Origin: Escherichia coli
GTDB lineage: Bacteria > Pseudomonadota > Gammaproteobacteria > Enterobacterales > Enterobacteriaceae
Direction: 5' to 3' (one strand)
Length of the DNA: 51,845 nt
NCBI RefSeq assembly: GCF_003334315.1
Contig: NZ_QOWR01000030.1
Part shown: in pieces, positions 30,852-45,300 of the stretch
How the letters are laid out: every line of letters begins with the position of its first letter
Numbering within the stretch: the first letter of the stretch is position 1
The notes under the pieces: model-generated
Told to the model about the DNA's origin: nothing
The model's input: the letters and a program-made list of their open reading frames with translations, nothing else
The model's database searches: none
Made by a program: the position numbers and the translations under genes

Positions 30852-32507
30852 TTAACTCATCACGCGGTCGTCAACATACTGACGTTTATCCGGCGCTGGC
30901 GGGAAATACTGATACAGCCATGTTTCACTGATAGCATCCCCCTGACAACGCAGATACATCCGCATATCGACCGGATCAGTGGAGTCCGACGTCGGATACC
31001 AGTCAAACTGAATACGATAACCATCAATGGGTTCAATATAGAGAATTTCGATTTGCTTCGCTTCCCCACTGGAAAGCGTAATCACCGGCTCAATGCCTTT
31101 TGGCGCGGCAGCTTTCAGATCACCACCAACGAAATCGACGGCAAAACGACGTGCCCATTTTTCGGGATAGTGTTCACCTGGTGCCCAACCTTCCGGGAAA
31201 CCACCCATGCCGGTACGCGTCGCCATAACGCGCGCTAATGGGCAATGAACAGGCGGTTGCGCACTCCAGTACAGACGATACTGGAATGCAAATTCATCAC
31301 CCGCTTTTACAGCTTTTTCTGGCTGCCAGAAGCAGACAATGTTATCCAGCGTTTCACCCGTTGTTGGGATTTCCATCAGGCCGATGGTGCCCTTACCCCA
31401 CTTGTTACGCGGCTCCACCCACAGACTTGGGCGTTTGTTATACCAGCCCATAATGTCCTGATAATGGGAGAAATCACGATCCAGTTGCAATAAACCAAAC
31501 CCTTTCGGGTTGTTGTCGGTGTAAGCATTGAACTGCAATTTTTGCGGATTATTCAGCGGACGGCAAATCCACTCGCCGTTGCCCCGCCACATGGACAGAC
31601 GATCAGAGTCATGGATTTGCGGATGAATGGTGTCGCACATCCGGCGTTCATTAGTACCGCAGCTGAACATACTGGTCATCGGCGCAATGCCCAGCTGTTT
31701 AATGTCTTTGCGCGCATACAGGTGATTTTCCACATCCATAATCACCTGACTTTTCTCACAATGGATAGTGAACTTATAGGCACCAGTAATACTGGCGCTA
31801 TCGAGCAACGCATAAACGGTAAAGGTAGTTGCCCCCGGTTTTACCGTATCAAACCAGAAGGCGGTAAAGTCGGGGAACTCTTCTTTACTGTCGGTGTAAG
31901 TGTCGATCGCCAGGCCGCGGGCCGACAAACCGTATTGATATGTATCATCAACGGCGCGGAAATAACTCGCGCCGAGGAATGATACTACATCACGGCGCGC
32001 CAGTTCGGGGGCTTTAAACACGCGAAAACCGGCAAAGCCGAGATCGCTTTGCCCTTCTAATTGTTTTGTATCAACACCCGCATCGTTGTATTTGAACAAC
32101 TCCGGGCGAAAGTGAATTTCACGCGCCAGATGTGTTGCTGGATCAACAGAAAACATACGAACGCGGCGACGGAATCCCATTCCCATATGGAAGAACTGAG
32201 CGTCCAGTTGACGGTTCTCAACGTTATGCCAGAGCGATTTTTCGGCGTCGTATTGAATACTGTTATAAGCCTGCGGCGTCATTGTCGCCAGCGTGTCAGG
32301 TAACGGACGCGGCGCACCACGCCACGCTGTTTGCGCTAAGTCGTGCGCCATTGACTGTAGAATGGAGAAGTCAAAACGCTGGGTTTGCCCGTCGGCAATA
32401 TCAGAATCTGCCGCGAATGCCGCCTGAGAAAAAAGAGAAGCAATGCCGCTGGTACCGCACACGGCGGCCATAGCCATTGAACCTTTAATAAATCGTCTAC
32501 GATCCAT
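30852..32507 (-). CDS. opgD: osmoregulated periplasmic glucan biosynthesis protein D (Tat-exported), 551 aa
   Basis: ORF track; twin-arginine signal [16 protein letters not shown]. Confidence 0.95.
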   Translation of the reverse strand: MDRRRFIKGSMAMAAVCGTSGIASLFSQAAFAADSDIADGQTQRFDFSILQSMAHDLAQTAWRGAPRPLPDTLATMTPQAYNSIQYDAEKSLWHNVENRQLDAQFFHMGMGFRRRVRMFSVDPATHLAREIHFRPELFKYNDAGVDTKQLEGQSDLGFAGFRVFKAPELARRDVVSFLGASYFRAVDDTYQYGLSARGLAIDTYTDSKEEFPDFTAFWFDTVKPGATTFTVYALLDSASITGAYKFTIHCEKSQVIMDVENHLYARKDIKQLGIAPMTSMFSCGTNERRMCDTIHPQIHDSDRLSMWRGNGEWICRPLNNPQKLQFNAYTDNNPKGFGLLQLDRDFSHYQDIMGWYNKRPSLWVEPRNKWGKGTIGLMEIPTTGETLDNIVCFWQPEKAVKAGDEFAFQYRLYWSAQPPVHCPLARVMATRTGMGGFPEGWAPGEHYPEKWARRFAVDFVGGDLKAAAPKGIEPVITLSSGEAKQIEILYIEPIDGYRIQFDWYPTSDSTDPVDMRMYLRCQGDAISETWLYQYFPPAPDKRQYVDDRVMS

Positions 32508-32731
32508 ACCTGAAAGTGAGTCCTTCTGGTGTTGTGAATGGTCCCGCGCTGGTCGTTTTCAGCGGCAAGAAAGTGCTTATTTATGACCGCTCACTCTAGA
32601 CAATATTTATTAATAATCCAATTGTTGAACTGAGAGAATATGCATAAATCGGCATTTTTTTTATGTCGATGGGATGAGCCTGATTCGTTTGTAAAATCAG
32701 GCAAATTTTTGCAAAGGCGGATGGTCAGAAT

Positions 32732-34075
32732 TTAAAGCAAACCACAGCGACGTTTACTGCGTTCTTCCGCTTCCTGATAAAGCTGGAACTCATCCAAAAC
32801 CGGACAACCCAACGCCTGCTCAAATGCTTCGCGACTGGCATTACCGTGATTGCGTGCCTGCGTTTCATTACCCAGATTTGACTGGAAGATCCCCGCCGCG
32901 CTAACGGGCAAGAAATCTTCATAGGTAATGGGTTGCGCCACTACCCAACCACGTTCAATTAAGGGCTGTGGATCGTCTCCAGGATGAATCGCCTGACGAT
33001 GCGCCTCACCCGAAGGCGTCAGACGGTACCGGAACCATGCCAACCCTTGCTGACGCATTAAAAACTCACTGTCAGGAAAAGTGCGGAAGGTTTCCTGTAA
33101 ATGCATTTGGTGAGTGAGATTATCCTGCCCGGTTCCAGCGTTACGCAGAAGATCATCATACAGTTGTCGCCCTTTCGGCGTTAATGCCACGCCACGCTGC
33201 TCAATTTCACCAAAGCGCGCAGTATGCGTGCCCTGTTTCTGCCCCGCAAACAACACCGTCTCTTCCAGTGCTTTAAAGCTGGTCTGGCGTAGTAAAATCG
33301 GTACCTCGCGGCGCGGCGGCCCTTCGATCAGAATTTTTGGTTCAATTCCGCATTCAGGCATCATCGACTGCACCCGGTCAATATCCAGCGTACGTGGCGT
33401 CAGATGGTTGATATGGCATCCAGGAAAACAGACCACATCAGCAATCAACCGATGTTCGTTGTGCAAGGCGCGATAGGTTTCTTCATCTACCGTTGCTGAC
33501 TGGTGCCAGCGAAACGTTTCCAGGGCCTCTTGCACAAATTCCTGTGCCTGTGTTTCGTTAAAACCGCCCCGCTGCTCATATTCCTCTAACAGTTGTCGAC
33601 AACGTGGGGTGAAGATATCGCGCTGACGCAGAATCTCCGCCGCTTTCTGGCGCAAAATTTCGTTCTCGATAAGCTCAAGTCGGAGTAATGAAGTAAAAAC
33701 ACGGAAGGGATTACGCGCCAGAGAAGCATCATCAATGGGCCGAAATGCTGTCGAATGTACCGGCACCCCCGCCTGCGAGAGATCGTAATAGCTCACCGGG
33801 TACATCCCCATAATGGCAAACATCCGCCGAAGAGTAGCAAGCTCTTGTGCAGTCCCAACACGAATCGCCCCATGACGTTCAACATTCAGTCGCGCCAGCT
33901 CGTCTGCATTTACCATTTTTTCGTGCAGTTGAGGATTGTTTTCCAGCACAGCCAGATTCACATCAGCTACCAGTTCCAGCAGCGTGCCGTACTGCGGAAC
34001 TTCTTGCTGGTACATGGCTGACATTGCCTGCGAAAACTGTTCCCGAATCTCATCCGCCGTGATGCTGTTCGCCAT
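32732..34075 (-). CDS. ydcJ: DUF1338-family protein (putative metalloenzyme), 447 aa
   Basis: ORF track; length matches YdcJ. Confidence 0.9.
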   Translation of the reverse strand: MANSITADEIREQFSQAMSAMYQQEVPQYGTLLELVADVNLAVLENNPQLHEKMVNADELARLNVERHGAIRVGTAQELATLRRMFAIMGMYPVSYYDLSQAGVPVHSTAFRPIDDASLARNPFRVFTSLLRLELIENEILRQKAAEILRQRDIFTPRCRQLLEEYEQRGGFNETQAQEFVQEALETFRWHQSATVDEETYRALHNEHRLIADVVCFPGCHINHLTPRTLDIDRVQSMMPECGIEPKILIEGPPRREVPILLRQTSFKALEETVLFAGQKQGTHTARFGEIEQRGVALTPKGRQLYDDLLRNAGTGQDNLTHQMHLQETFRTFPDSEFLMRQQGLAWFRYRLTPSGEAHRQAIHPGDDPQPLIERGWVVAQPITYEDFLPVSAAGIFQSNLGNETQARNHGNASREAFEQALGCPVLDEFQLYQEAEERSKRRCGLL

Positions 34076-34291
34076 AGTGTCTGCCTCCAGTGGTCAGTAA
34101 TCTGGAGTGTAGGTAACCGCATTCACTCTTGCGGGAAGAATTTACAAACTGTGATCTCGCCGCGAAAACATCAATATTATCCATTTTGCTGTAACATAAT
34201 TGCTTTAATTGTTAATAATATTTTGCAATCAAGTTATCATAATCAAACAACTTCACTTGTCAGCGACACCGCTTCGTTTTTAACATCGCTT

Positions 34292-35215
34292 ATGGAAAAA
34301 AATAGTCTGTTTAGTCAGCGCATCCGTTTGCGCCACCTTCATACATTCGTAGCTGTCGCACAACAAGGAACTTTGGGGCGCGCGGCTGAAACCCTTAATT
34401 TGAGTCAACCTGCGCTCTCTAAGACATTGAATGAACTGGAGCAGCTGACTGGCGCTCGCTTGTTTGAGCGTGGTCGTCAGGGGGCGCAACTTACCTTACC
34501 CGGCGAACAATTTTTAACGCATGCAGTCAGAGTTCTTGACGCCATCAACACTGCCGGACGGTCGCTTCATCGTAAAGAAGGTCTTAATAATGATGTCGTC
34601 AGGGTTGGTGCACTACCTACTGCGGCACTGGGGATATTACCTTCGGTTATAGGTCAGTTTCATCAGCAACAAAAAGAGACGACCTTGCAAGTTGCGACAA
34701 TGAGTAACCCTATGATTCTGGCGGGTTTAAAAACCGGGGAAATCGATATCGGCATTGGTCGGATGTCAGATCCTGAACTGATGACCGGGCTTAATTACGA
34801 ACTGCTGTTTCTTGAATCGTTGAAGCTGGTTGTCCGCCCTAATCACCCGCTACTTCAGGAGAACGTAACGCTAAGCCGGGTGCTGGAATGGCCGGTCGTT
34901 GTATCACCAGAAGGCACTGCGCCACGCCAGCATTCAGATGCATTAGTGCAGAGCCAGGGATGTAAAATTCCTTCGGGTTGTATCGAAACGCTGTCTGCTT
35001 CGCTATCTCGTCAACTTACGGTTGAATACGACTACGTGTGGTTTGTCCCTTCTGGCGCGGTAAAAGACGACCTGCGTCATGCCACGCTGGTGGCCCTGCC
35101 TGTTCCGGGACATGGTGCAGGCGAACCGATTGGAATACTGACCCGCGTAGATGCGACGTTCTCTTCTGGTTGCCAGTTGATGATTAACGCTATTCGAAAA
35201 TCAATGCCGTTCTGA
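34292..35215 (+). CDS. ydcI: LysR-family transcriptional regulator, 307 aa
   Basis: ORF 34151..35215 trimmed to ATG at 34292 (MEKNSLFSQRIRLRHLHTFVAVAQQGTLGRAAETLNLSQPALSK...). Confidence 0.9.
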   Translation: MEKNSLFSQRIRLRHLHTFVAVAQQGTLGRAAETLNLSQPALSKTLNELEQLTGARLFERGRQGAQLTLPGEQFLTHAVRVLDAINTAGRSLHRKEGLNNDVVRVGALPTAALGILPSVIGQFHQQQKETTLQVATMSNPMILAGLKTGEIDIGIGRMSDPELMTGLNYELLFLESLKLVVRPNHPLLQENVTLSRVLEWPVVVSPEGTAPRQHSDALVQSQGCKIPSGCIETLSASLSRQLTVEYDYVWFVPSGAVKDDLRHATLVALPVPGHGAGEPIGILTRVDATFSSGCQLMINAIRKSMPF

Positions 35216-35252
35216 AAGGTGAAGGGATCTGTCGATCCCTCCTTGAACATTT

Positions 35253-36893
35253 TCACACCGTAGCGAAACTAACTGGTTCACCCGCTCCGCGAGGTTTTGC
35301 CGACACAGAATGTTTGTGCAGACGGAATACATCCACCGCCTCAGTTAATCGTGCCGCCTGTTCTTCAAGGGACAACGCCGCCGCTGAGGCCTCTTCTACC
35401 AGAGAAGCATTCTGTTGCGTCACCTTATCTATTTCAGAAATCGCCTGGCTAACCTGCGTTATGCCTCTACTTTGTTCATCCGAGGCGGCGGCGATTTCCT
35501 GCATGATATGTGTGACACTCGCGACGGCATCAACAATAGTGCTCATGGTTTTCCCTGCCGTTGCCACCTCATCCGACCCCAGGTCAATTAACCTGACTGA
35601 TTCACTGATCAAGCCTTCAATCTCTTTCGCCGCTTGGGCGCTGCGGCTTGCGAGTGTCCGTACTTCGCTGGCGACAACGGCAAATCCACGGCCTTGCTCA
35701 CCCGCTCGCGCGGCTTCAACGGCAGCATTCAGTGCCAGAATATTCGTCTGGAAAGCAATACTGTTGATGACGGCGGTGATCTCGGAAATTTTCTTCGAAC
35801 TTGTAGAGATAGCGCCCATCGTTTTTACTACACCGGAAACCGTCTGCCCGCCATCGCTGGCTTTAATAGAAGCCTCTTGCGCCAGTTTGCTGGCATGATG
35901 CGCGTTATCCGCATTCTGTTTCACCGTCGCAGTGAGTTGCTCCATGCTAGCGGCAGTTTGTTCGATAGCCGCCGCTTGTTCTTCGGTGCGAGATGACAGG
36001 TCCGCATTACCAGCTGAAATTTCGCTGGTGCCACGATAAATCTCTTCCGCACCCTGTCGAACAGTCCCTACTGTCATCCCCAGTGAATGCTGCATTTGCT
36101 GTAAATGACGACTTAAGCGACCGATTTCATTACGACCCGCCGGTTCATCCTTCATCGTCAGATCGCCACTAGCGATTTTTTCAATCCGTTGTGCGGCATG
36201 TTGCAGTGGACGAATGACGATCCGACGTAGCACCATAAATGTTATCAGCGTCATGACCAGGGCAAGCACAAACGCGCCAATCATGAACATCCCACCCAGG
36301 CGGGTGCGCTGATGGGCCAGTTCCGCCAGTTGGTTGGCTCTGGTGCTACGTATCTTAACGGCTTTGTTCAAAATATCGGTATAAGCATTATCCAGCGGTC
36401 GGATCTGCTCACTTTCATGATTGATAATCGCTTCAAACATGCCATTTTTGGCATATTTCAACATAGGTTGCATACCCGTGATATAAGCCTGAAAGCGTTG
36501 ATTTAATTCAGTGTCGAGGGCTTCATCAGCAGGTGTTTTCACCGGTCGATTCTGATAAGCACGATAACCTTGCTGCGACTGTTTAATCTCCGATTCGGCT
36601 TGCGCAATATTTCGCTTCATTGCTTCCATTTCCGCAATACGACTCGCAGCCCCGGCCTGAATCATATTGATCCGGGCTGAACGCAAAAAATCTGAACTGT
36701 TCGCTAACCCGGTTCGAATCTCAATCTCCGCAGTAACATCACGCTGATCGCGATCGGCCTGCCAGAGGAAATAGCCAGCCAGAGCAGAACTTAATGCGAA
36801 TAGAACTAAGATACCGCCAAGAATGCAGGCAAATAACGGAACCAGCCTGATGTGATGCAAAAAACCTAATCGCTGTGAGGGAGTTGTATTCAT
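35253..36893 (-). CDS. trg: methyl-accepting chemotaxis protein III (ribose/galactose sensor), 546 aa
   Basis: ORF track; two TM segments, HAMP, conserved MCP signalling domain. Confidence 0.95.
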   Translation of the reverse strand: MNTTPSQRLGFLHHIRLVPLFACILGGILVLFALSSALAGYFLWQADRDQRDVTAEIEIRTGLANSSDFLRSARINMIQAGAASRIAEMEAMKRNIAQAESEIKQSQQGYRAYQNRPVKTPADEALDTELNQRFQAYITGMQPMLKYAKNGMFEAIINHESEQIRPLDNAYTDILNKAVKIRSTRANQLAELAHQRTRLGGMFMIGAFVLALVMTLITFMVLRRIVIRPLQHAAQRIEKIASGDLTMKDEPAGRNEIGRLSRHLQQMQHSLGMTVGTVRQGAEEIYRGTSEISAGNADLSSRTEEQAAAIEQTAASMEQLTATVKQNADNAHHASKLAQEASIKASDGGQTVSGVVKTMGAISTSSKKISEITAVINSIAFQTNILALNAAVEAARAGEQGRGFAVVASEVRTLASRSAQAAKEIEGLISESVRLIDLGSDEVATAGKTMSTIVDAVASVTHIMQEIAAASDEQSRGITQVSQAISEIDKVTQQNASLVEEASAAALSLEEQAARLTEAVDVFRLHKHSVSAKPRGAGEPVSFATV

Positions 36894-37182
36894 TACCGTT
36901 GTCTCTCGTCCAGGTTTACTCCTGATAGAAAGTCATCGGCACTTGACGGTAATTACTTACGACTAAAAGCCTCTTTGCGTCACATTTTTACAACAATTAT
37001 TGCAGAGAAGGTTAATGCCATTGGAATGAAGAGAGTAACGAATGATTAAACGGGCTAACCCGAATGACGAAAAATTCTGGAAAACAGCACGCAATTTCGT
37101 GAAGTGATTATTTTCGTCCCTAAGGAAACCTCATAGGATGCCTGCGGGTGCCTGAGACTTTCTGTTTTCAGGCTAACCGGGA

Positions 37183-37233
37183 ATCAGAAAGACGAAGGCC
37201 CCGACCGATATTTCTATCAACCGAGGCCAACGA

Positions 37234-37250
<17 letters not shown>
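37183..37250 (-). ncRNA. sokB: SokB antisense RNA of the hokB/mokB type I toxin-antitoxin locus (approximate)
   Basis: Minus-strand terminator hairpin (GGCCUCGG...UCGGGGCC then U-run) complementary to the mokB start region; extent inferred from hok/sok architecture. Confidence 0.4.
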
Positions 37251-37441
<191 letters not shown>

Positions 37442-37512
37442 GGGCAAGCGCGGGGATTTTCCCCGCGCATTTGACTAGCAGATTCATTTTCTCATGGCAC
37501 CCCTTTTACACT

Positions 37513-37686
37513 TCAGTTAGTGCATGTTTTTTTCGATGCACTAATAGAACCATCATTACAGACAAATTTGCCGCCTGCCGTACAGTGTGAGATCCCCCCT
37601 TTCGAACCAGAACAGGGTTTGCGCCCGGCATCGGCATAAAAGGAAACAAGCGTTCCCATAAACAAAATAAGTGCCAGTTTTTTCAT
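37513..37686 (-). CDS. ydcA: small secreted Cys-rich protein YdcA, 57 aa
   Basis: Reverse complement translates MKKLALILFMGTLVSFYADAGRKPCSGSKGGISHCTAGGKFVCNDGSISASKKTCTN; signal peptide. Confidence 0.7.
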   Translation of the reverse strand: MKKLALILFMGTLVSFYADAGRKPCSGSKGGISHCTAGGKFVCNDGSISASKKTCTN

Positions 37687-37856
37687 ATAACCTCCATGGT
37701 TTATCGAATCTTATGTTCGATTTGAACGTTATACGCTGGTTTATTTTGATACCGTTGATGAGATCAAAGATCGGGTGAATTGATTAAAAATAAGCCAGAT
37801 GGACGTATGGGCAAGGATTATGGTTTTATTTATCATACAAATAAATATAATAGGCG

Positions 37857-37920
37857 CTTCCGATGTAGACCCGTATTCTTCGCCTGTACCACGGGTCGGT
37901 TTTAGTACAGGCGTTTTCTT
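37857..37920 (+). ncRNA. rydC: Hfq-dependent small RNA RydC
   Basis: cttccgatgtagacccgtattcttcgcctgtaccacgggtcggttttagtacaggcgttttctt matches my recollection of RydC, including the terminal hairpin and U-run; sits between ydcA and cybB. Confidence 0.7.
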
Positions 37921-37930
37921 TAAATATCCT

Positions 37931-38461
37931 TCAGGAACGTTTACGCGGCATCATGCGTAGAAGTGTGTTGTCCTTCCAGAAATAGTGGTGTGCCAGTGCA
38001 GCCGCAGCGTGCAACCCGATGACAAAATATCCCAGATTCGCCAGCGTTTCATGCCACGACTTTAAGCTATCTACCCGTTCGAAATTGGCCTCTGAAGCGT
38101 AAGGCATCGTCAAACCAAACGCAAACCACGGGTTGCCCCGGTTATACATCATCACCAAACCAATCACTGGCAGCGCAATAAACAGGAGATAAATCACCAA
38201 ATGTCCCAAATGCGCCAGTCCCGTCATCATCGGTTTTGGCTTAGGTATAATCGGCGGGGTTGGGTATTTCAGCCTTAACAAAAGACGAACGACCATCAGC
38301 ACGAGAATTGAGATGCCACAGGAAACATGAATCATGTTGATGAGTGGCCGATCGCTACGTGGGAAGAAACCACGAAACTCCATTGCGCAATACGCTGCGA
38401 TAACCAGTAAAAAGACCAGCCAGTGAATGCTGATTTGTAACCTTGAATATTTATTTTCCAT
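37931..38461 (-). CDS. cybB: cytochrome b561, 176 aa
   Basis: ORF 37931..38497 trimmed to ATG at 38461 (MENKYSRLQISIHWLVFLL...). Confidence 0.9.
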   Translation of the reverse strand: MENKYSRLQISIHWLVFLLVIAAYCAMEFRGFFPRSDRPLINMIHVSCGISILVLMVVRLLLRLKYPTPPIIPKPKPMMTGLAHLGHLVIYLLFIALPVIGLVMMYNRGNPWFAFGLTMPYASEANFERVDSLKSWHETLANLGYFVIGLHAAAALAHHYFWKDNTLLRMMPRKRS

Positions 38462-38637
38462 AACATTTCCTGCTTTAACATAATTTTCCGTTAACATAAC
38501 GGGCTTTTCTCAAAATTTCATTAAATATTGTTCACCCGTTTTCAGTACGTTACGTTTCACTGTGAGAATGGAGATTGCCCATCCCGCCATCCTGGTCTAA
38601 GCCTGGAAAGGATCAATTTTCATCCGAACGTTCCTGA

Positions 38638-39642
<1,005 letters not shown>

Positions 39643-39657
39643 ACTCTGACGCGCACA

Positions 39658-39685
39658 GGCGGAGGAAAAAACCTCCGCCTCTTTC
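39658..39685. terminator. hairpin terminator between convergent gapC and aldA
   Basis: aggcggagg-aaaaaa-cctccgcct followed by a T-run. Confidence 0.5.
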
Positions 39686-39690
39686 ACTCA

Positions 39691-41130
39691 TTAAGACTGT
39701 AAATAAACCACCTGGGTCTGCAGATATTCATGCAAGCCATGTTTACCATCTGCGCCGCCAATACCGGATTTACGCCATCCGGCGTGGAAGCCTTGCATAG
39801 CTTCGAAGTTTTCACGGTTGATGTAAGTTTCACCAAACTTCAGCCCTTTAATGGCTTTCATCGCGACGTTCAGATTTTGGGTATAGATTGATGAGGTCAG
39901 GCCGTAATCACTGTCATTAGCCATTGAGATAGCATCTTCCAGCGTGTCAAATGCGACAACTGGCAGCACCGGGCCAAAGGTTTCCTCATGCATAATCGAC
40001 ATTTCCTGGCGAACATCCAGCAGCAATGTCGGCGGATAATAATATCCTTTCCCCTCTACCGCTTTGCCACCGAACGCCACTCTCGCCCCTTCTTCTACTG
40101 CGCGCGCCACTTTTTGCTCGACCCTTTCCAGCGCCGCGGCGTTAATCAACGGCCCCATCGCAATGTCGTTGCGTTCAGCGGGGTTACCAAATTGAACCGC
40201 CTGCATCGCTTCACCCAGCCGATTGACGAACTGATCATAAATGCCTTTCTGTACATAAACACGTTCTGCACAGTTACACACTTGCCCACTATTAATGACG
40301 CGTGAATCAACGATGGCTTTGACTGCCAGTTCAAGATCGGCATCGTCCATTACGATAGCTGGTGCTTTACCCCCCAATTCCAGACACACTTTGGTGATGT
40401 TTTTCGCCGCAGTCGCCATAATCTTCTCACCTGCAGAGACGCTGCCTGTCATACTGACCATTGCGACCTTTGGGTTACCCGCCAGTTCTTGCCCAACGGT
40501 TTCACCACGCCCCAGTACAAGGTTAAACACGCCGCGCGGAAGGCCTATTTCATCGACGATTTTGGCGAATGCAATCGCATTGTTTGGCGTAAATTCACTG
40601 GGTTTAATGACGATGGTATTACCAGTCAAAAGAGCGGGAGCCATTTTGCGGGCAATGAGGAAGAACGGGAAGTTCCACGGCAGAATGCCGGTAGTCACAC
40701 CAAGCGCACGTTTAAACAGAAGAATATTTTCTCCTGGACGATCGCTTTGAATAATCTCGCCCTCGTAACGCCGTGCCCACTCCGCCATGTAATCGATATA
40801 GTCGGCAGTAAAAGCCACTTCGACTTCAGCCAGCTGCTGGATCTTGCCCCCTTCTTCAACAATCAGCGCACTGATTTCACTGGCGCGTTCGCGGATCCCG
40901 GCGGAGATTTTGCGCAACCAACTGGCGCGTTCAATAGCAGGCAACGCTTCCCATTCTGGTTGTGCACGTTCTGCTGCATCGATTGCCTTACGGGCATCCT
41001 CGGCCTGACCATCGGGTATGCGGGAAATGACAGCCTCTGTAGCAGGGTTTACCACATCAATCCATGCGTCTCCACGCCAGGTAACAAACTGTCCATCGAT
41101 ATACATAGGATGTTGAACGGGTACTGACAT
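39691..41130 (-). CDS. aldA: lactaldehyde (glycolaldehyde) dehydrogenase, 479 aa
   Basis: ORF track; aldehyde dehydrogenase motifs; N-terminus [16 protein letters not shown]. Confidence 0.95.
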
Positions 41131-41326
41131 GGGCGACTCCTGTGATTTATATGTTTGTTTTCGGTAAATACATTGTTAATTAACATCAATCATCAGAGAG
41201 ACGGCATCGTGAAAGGACAATTCTGTGAAGGGCTTCATAAAAACAAGTGTAAAAGGAATAAAAGGCAGAAATAAAAGTCAGGAGTCATGCCCGTTTGCAA
41301 ACAAGTAGTTCACAAACGGGCAATTT

Positions 41327-42127
41327 TTAACGTAACGAGCGACTTTCCATCGCCTCGATAAGCACCGCATCGTGTTTCAGCGTTTGCCATGCATGGATGA
41401 CTTCTGCCGGAAAATCAACGTGAACGATAAAATCTCGCCCGCGGGGACCGTAGCCATCGCTATCATCGCGTAAACGCGGCAGCTCGCCAGTGAGTAGTGA
41501 GAGATAACGCTCAACTGGCCATAATCCTTGTAACTGATTAATAAAGATTACACTGTCTGCGTTATTTCCTAACTGAGGAACGAATCCGGGATAACTTAAC
41601 CAGCGTGGTGCATCGGGATTGTCCCCAGTCATACGGCGGAACGTCGCCATCGTGCGCCGCTGCATGGTGGGGTCCTGAACAACGATAGCCGTATGAACTC
41701 GTTCTACGGCCTGATTCAATAGCGCGATGCTAAAGCGTGCGTTTTCACCGCAGTTTGTTGACTGGTCTTCAATCCAGATTTTTTCATGCGGAATGTGCCA
41801 GAACTGATGAGCGATATCCGCCAGGATGGTCGCTTCTGCTCTGCCAGTGGTGCGGATAGTGTTGTAGTGCGGATGCTGTGCGATGGCGCTATACAAAAAA
41901 GTTGTCGAGTGACCGATACCACCACTAATCAGTAAAGGAATTTGCTGATCGCGGGCAATCTTACATGCCGCATCGATAGTCGGCATAACCGCATTGCCTG
42001 CAAGGATCACGCAATCGGCCTGATACGGCACCTCACCGGAGAAATCATCCTGCGCCAGCCACTGTCCGATAACATTTATGGCATCTATAGTTGCCGGCGA
42101 AAGCGTCGGAAACGGGGTAATGTTCAT
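41327..42127 (-). CDS. ydcF: DUF218-family protein, 266 aa
   Basis: ORF track; length matches YdcF. Confidence 0.9.
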
Positions 42128-42342
42128 GGTTCCTCCTTATCGTTCCCTTAAGAATACTGCGTGAGATAATAGTGAGAAGCGGAGCACTCTGAAAGGAGGA
42201 AATCGTATGTCCTTAACCGCCACTCCGCAAGCCTGACATATCTTTTAAGGAAATGCTGTAGATAAACATTATTCATCTTGCAGCAGAGAATTGTATTTTT
42301 CTGAATTCCTGAATTTTTACCCTTACCGTTTTAGAATTAATA

Positions 42343-42377
42343 AAAAACCCGGCGCTAAATGCTTACCGGGTTTTTTC
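42343..42377 (-). terminator. rho-independent terminator downstream of hrpA
   Basis: Minus-strand transcript forms aacccgg...ccgggtt hairpin followed by UUUUUUAUU. Confidence 0.6.
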
Positions 42378-42398
42378 TTTATCAGGCAAATAGCAGGG

Positions 42399-45300
42399 TT
42401 AACCGCTAATCTGCTCCATCGCCTGCAAAATACGCTTATCTGAAATCGGATAAGGCGTACCAAGTTGTTGAGCGAAGTAACTAACGCGCAACTCTTCTAT
42501 CATCCAACGGATCTCTTTCACGTCTTCATCCTCACGACGTGCGGGCGGCAGTTTGTTGATCCATTGCTGCCACGCCTGCTGGACGTTTTCGACTTTCAGC
42601 ATCTGCGCACGGTCGCGATGTGGATCAACCGCCAGTTTTTCCAGCCGTTTTTCAATCGCCTGCAAATATCGCAGCGTGTCGCCCAGCCGTTTGAAGCCGT
42701 TACCAGTGACAAAACCGCGATATACCAACCCGCCCATCTGCGCTTTAATGTCAGAAAGCCCCAGCGCCATGGTCATATCCACCCGCCCTTTCAGACGTTT
42801 GTTGATATTGAACACTGCCGTAAGGATTTGCTCGACCTGCTTCGCAATATCCACCACCGTGTCGTTCAGTTCGGCACGCACTTTTTCATGCAGCGCAGCA
42901 AAGCCTTCTTCCGTCCAGACCGGGCCACCATTGGCGTCGATCAATTTATCCACACCGCAGGAGATACAGTCGTCGATCAGCTCCAGCACTTTGCCATACG
43001 GGTTAAAGTACAGTCCCAGCTTGGCTTTGTTCGGTAACTTTTCATGTAAATATTTGATTGGCGATGGAATATTCAGCAGCAGTAGACGGCGAAGACCGTT
43101 CCACATTGCCTGCTTTTGCTCCAGCGGGTTATCAAACAGTTTGATCGCCACACTGTCGCGCTCATCCACCAGCGCCGGCCACGCCTTCACTTTGTAGTTG
43201 CCACGCTTCTGTTCGTAGCTTTCCGGCAGCTGACCAAAACTCCAGATATGTAAGCCGCTCTGCTCGATACCGTCATCCGCCACCGCAGATAGCGTTTCCT
43301 GCACTTTGCCTTTCAGCGCATCTTTCAGATCTTGTAGCGAGCGCCCTTCTTTTAGCTTCTTGTTTTTGTCATCCACCACGCGGAAGGTAATTTTCAGGTG
43401 ATCGGGCACCTGATCCCAGTGCCAGTCTTCGCGGTCAACGGTAACGCCGGTCATCCGCCGTAACTCGCGCTCAAGGCTGTCGAGCAACGGTAACTCCAGC
43501 GGTTTGACGCGGCCTAAAAACGCTTCGGCATAGTTTGGCGCGGGTACAAAATTACGGCGTACCGGTTTCGGCAACGATTTAATCAGAGCAATCACCAGTT
43601 CGCGGCGCAGACCGGGGATCTGCCATTCAAACCCGCTTTCCTCAACCTGGTTAAGTAACGGCAGCGGAATATGTACGGTCACACCGTCAGCATCCGCGCC
43701 GGGCTCAAACTGATAGCTCAAACGCAGCTTGAGATTGCCCTGATGCCAGAAGTTCGGGTAATCCAGCTTGCTGATTTTTTCTGCGCCCTCTTTGATCAAC
43801 ATGCTTTTTTCAAAGTTGAGCAAATCAGGCGTTTCGCGGCTGACTTTTTTCCACCAGCTGTCGAAGTGGCGAGCGGAGATTACATCGTGGCTGATGCGCT
43901 GGTCGTAGAACTCAAACAACGTTTCGTCATCAACCAGAATATCGCGGCGACGTGATTTGTGTTCCAGCTCTTCTACTTCCGCCCGTAGTTTCAGGTTTTC
44001 ACGGAAGAATGCGTGACGCGTCTGCCAGTCACCTTCCACCAGCGCGTGGCGAATAAAGAGTTCACGACATAACGCCGGATCGATCTGGCTGTAGTTGACC
44101 TTGCGCGCGGCAACAATCGGCAAACCATAAACAGTGACTTTTTCCGTTGCCATCACCGCGCCCTGCGCCCGTTCCCAGTGCGGTTCGCTGTAGGTGCGTT
44201 TAATCAAATGCTGAGCAACTGGCTCCACCCATTCCGGGTCGATACGCGCAGCAATGCGCCCCCACAGGCGGCTGGTTTCTACCAGTTCCGCCACCATTAC
44301 CCATTTAGGCGGTTTTTTGAATAAACCAGAACCGGGGAAGATGGAGAAACGCGCGTTACGTGCGCCGGTATATTCTTGTTTATCGGCATCTTTCATGCCG
44401 ATATGGGAAAGTAAACCGGTCAGCAACGCAATGTGAATTTCGCGATACTCCGCCGGTTCGCTGTTAACCGGAATGCCAAGTTCTTTCACCACCTGACGCA
44501 ACTGGGTGTAGATATCCTGCCATTCGCGCACGCGCAGATAGTTGAGATAATCGGTACGACACAGGCGACGGAAGGCGTTGGAAGAAAGCGCCTTTTGCTG
44601 CTCGCCAAGATAATTCCACAGATTCACAAACGCGAGAAAGTCAGACTCTTTGTCGTGGAAGCGACGATGTTTTTCGTCCGATGCCTGCTGTTTGTCCATC
44701 GGACGTTCGCGCGGATCCTGAATGGAGAGCGCGGACGTGATAATCATCGCCTCACGCACGCAGCCATGTTTTTGCGCTTCCAGCACCATACGCGCCAGAC
44801 GTGGGTCGACAGGCAACTGCGAGAGCTGGCGACCGAGCGGCGTCAGTTTATAGGCGCTGGCCTGTTCATCAGTGGTGATCGCGCCCAGCTCTTCGAGCAG
44901 ACGCACGCCATCCTGGATATTGCGTTTATCCGGTGCTTCGACAAACGGGAACGCAGCGATATCGCCCAGCCCCAGCGCGGTCATCTGCAAAATAACCGAG
45001 GCCAGGTTGGTACGCAGAATCTCCGGATCGGTAAACTCCGGGCGCGAGAGGAAATCGTCTTCGTAATAGAGACGAATACAGATCCCTTCGGACACACGAC
45101 CACAGCGGCCTTTACGCTGATTGGCAGACGCCTGGGAAATCGGCTCAATCGGCAAACGCTGCACTTTGGTGCGATAGCTGTAGCGGCTGATACGCGCTGT
45201 ACCGGGGTCGATAACGTATTTAATCCCCGGTACGGTCAGCGACGTTTCCGCGACGTTGGTCGCCAGCACAATGCGCCGTCCGCTGTGCGACTGGAATACC

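Noticed and set aside
34151-34291. 47-codon N-terminal extension of ydcI in the ORF track
   Set aside because: Extension is AT-rich and precedes a good ATG whose product matches the canonical LysR HTH start; the upstream start is treated as an artefact of longest-ORF calling.
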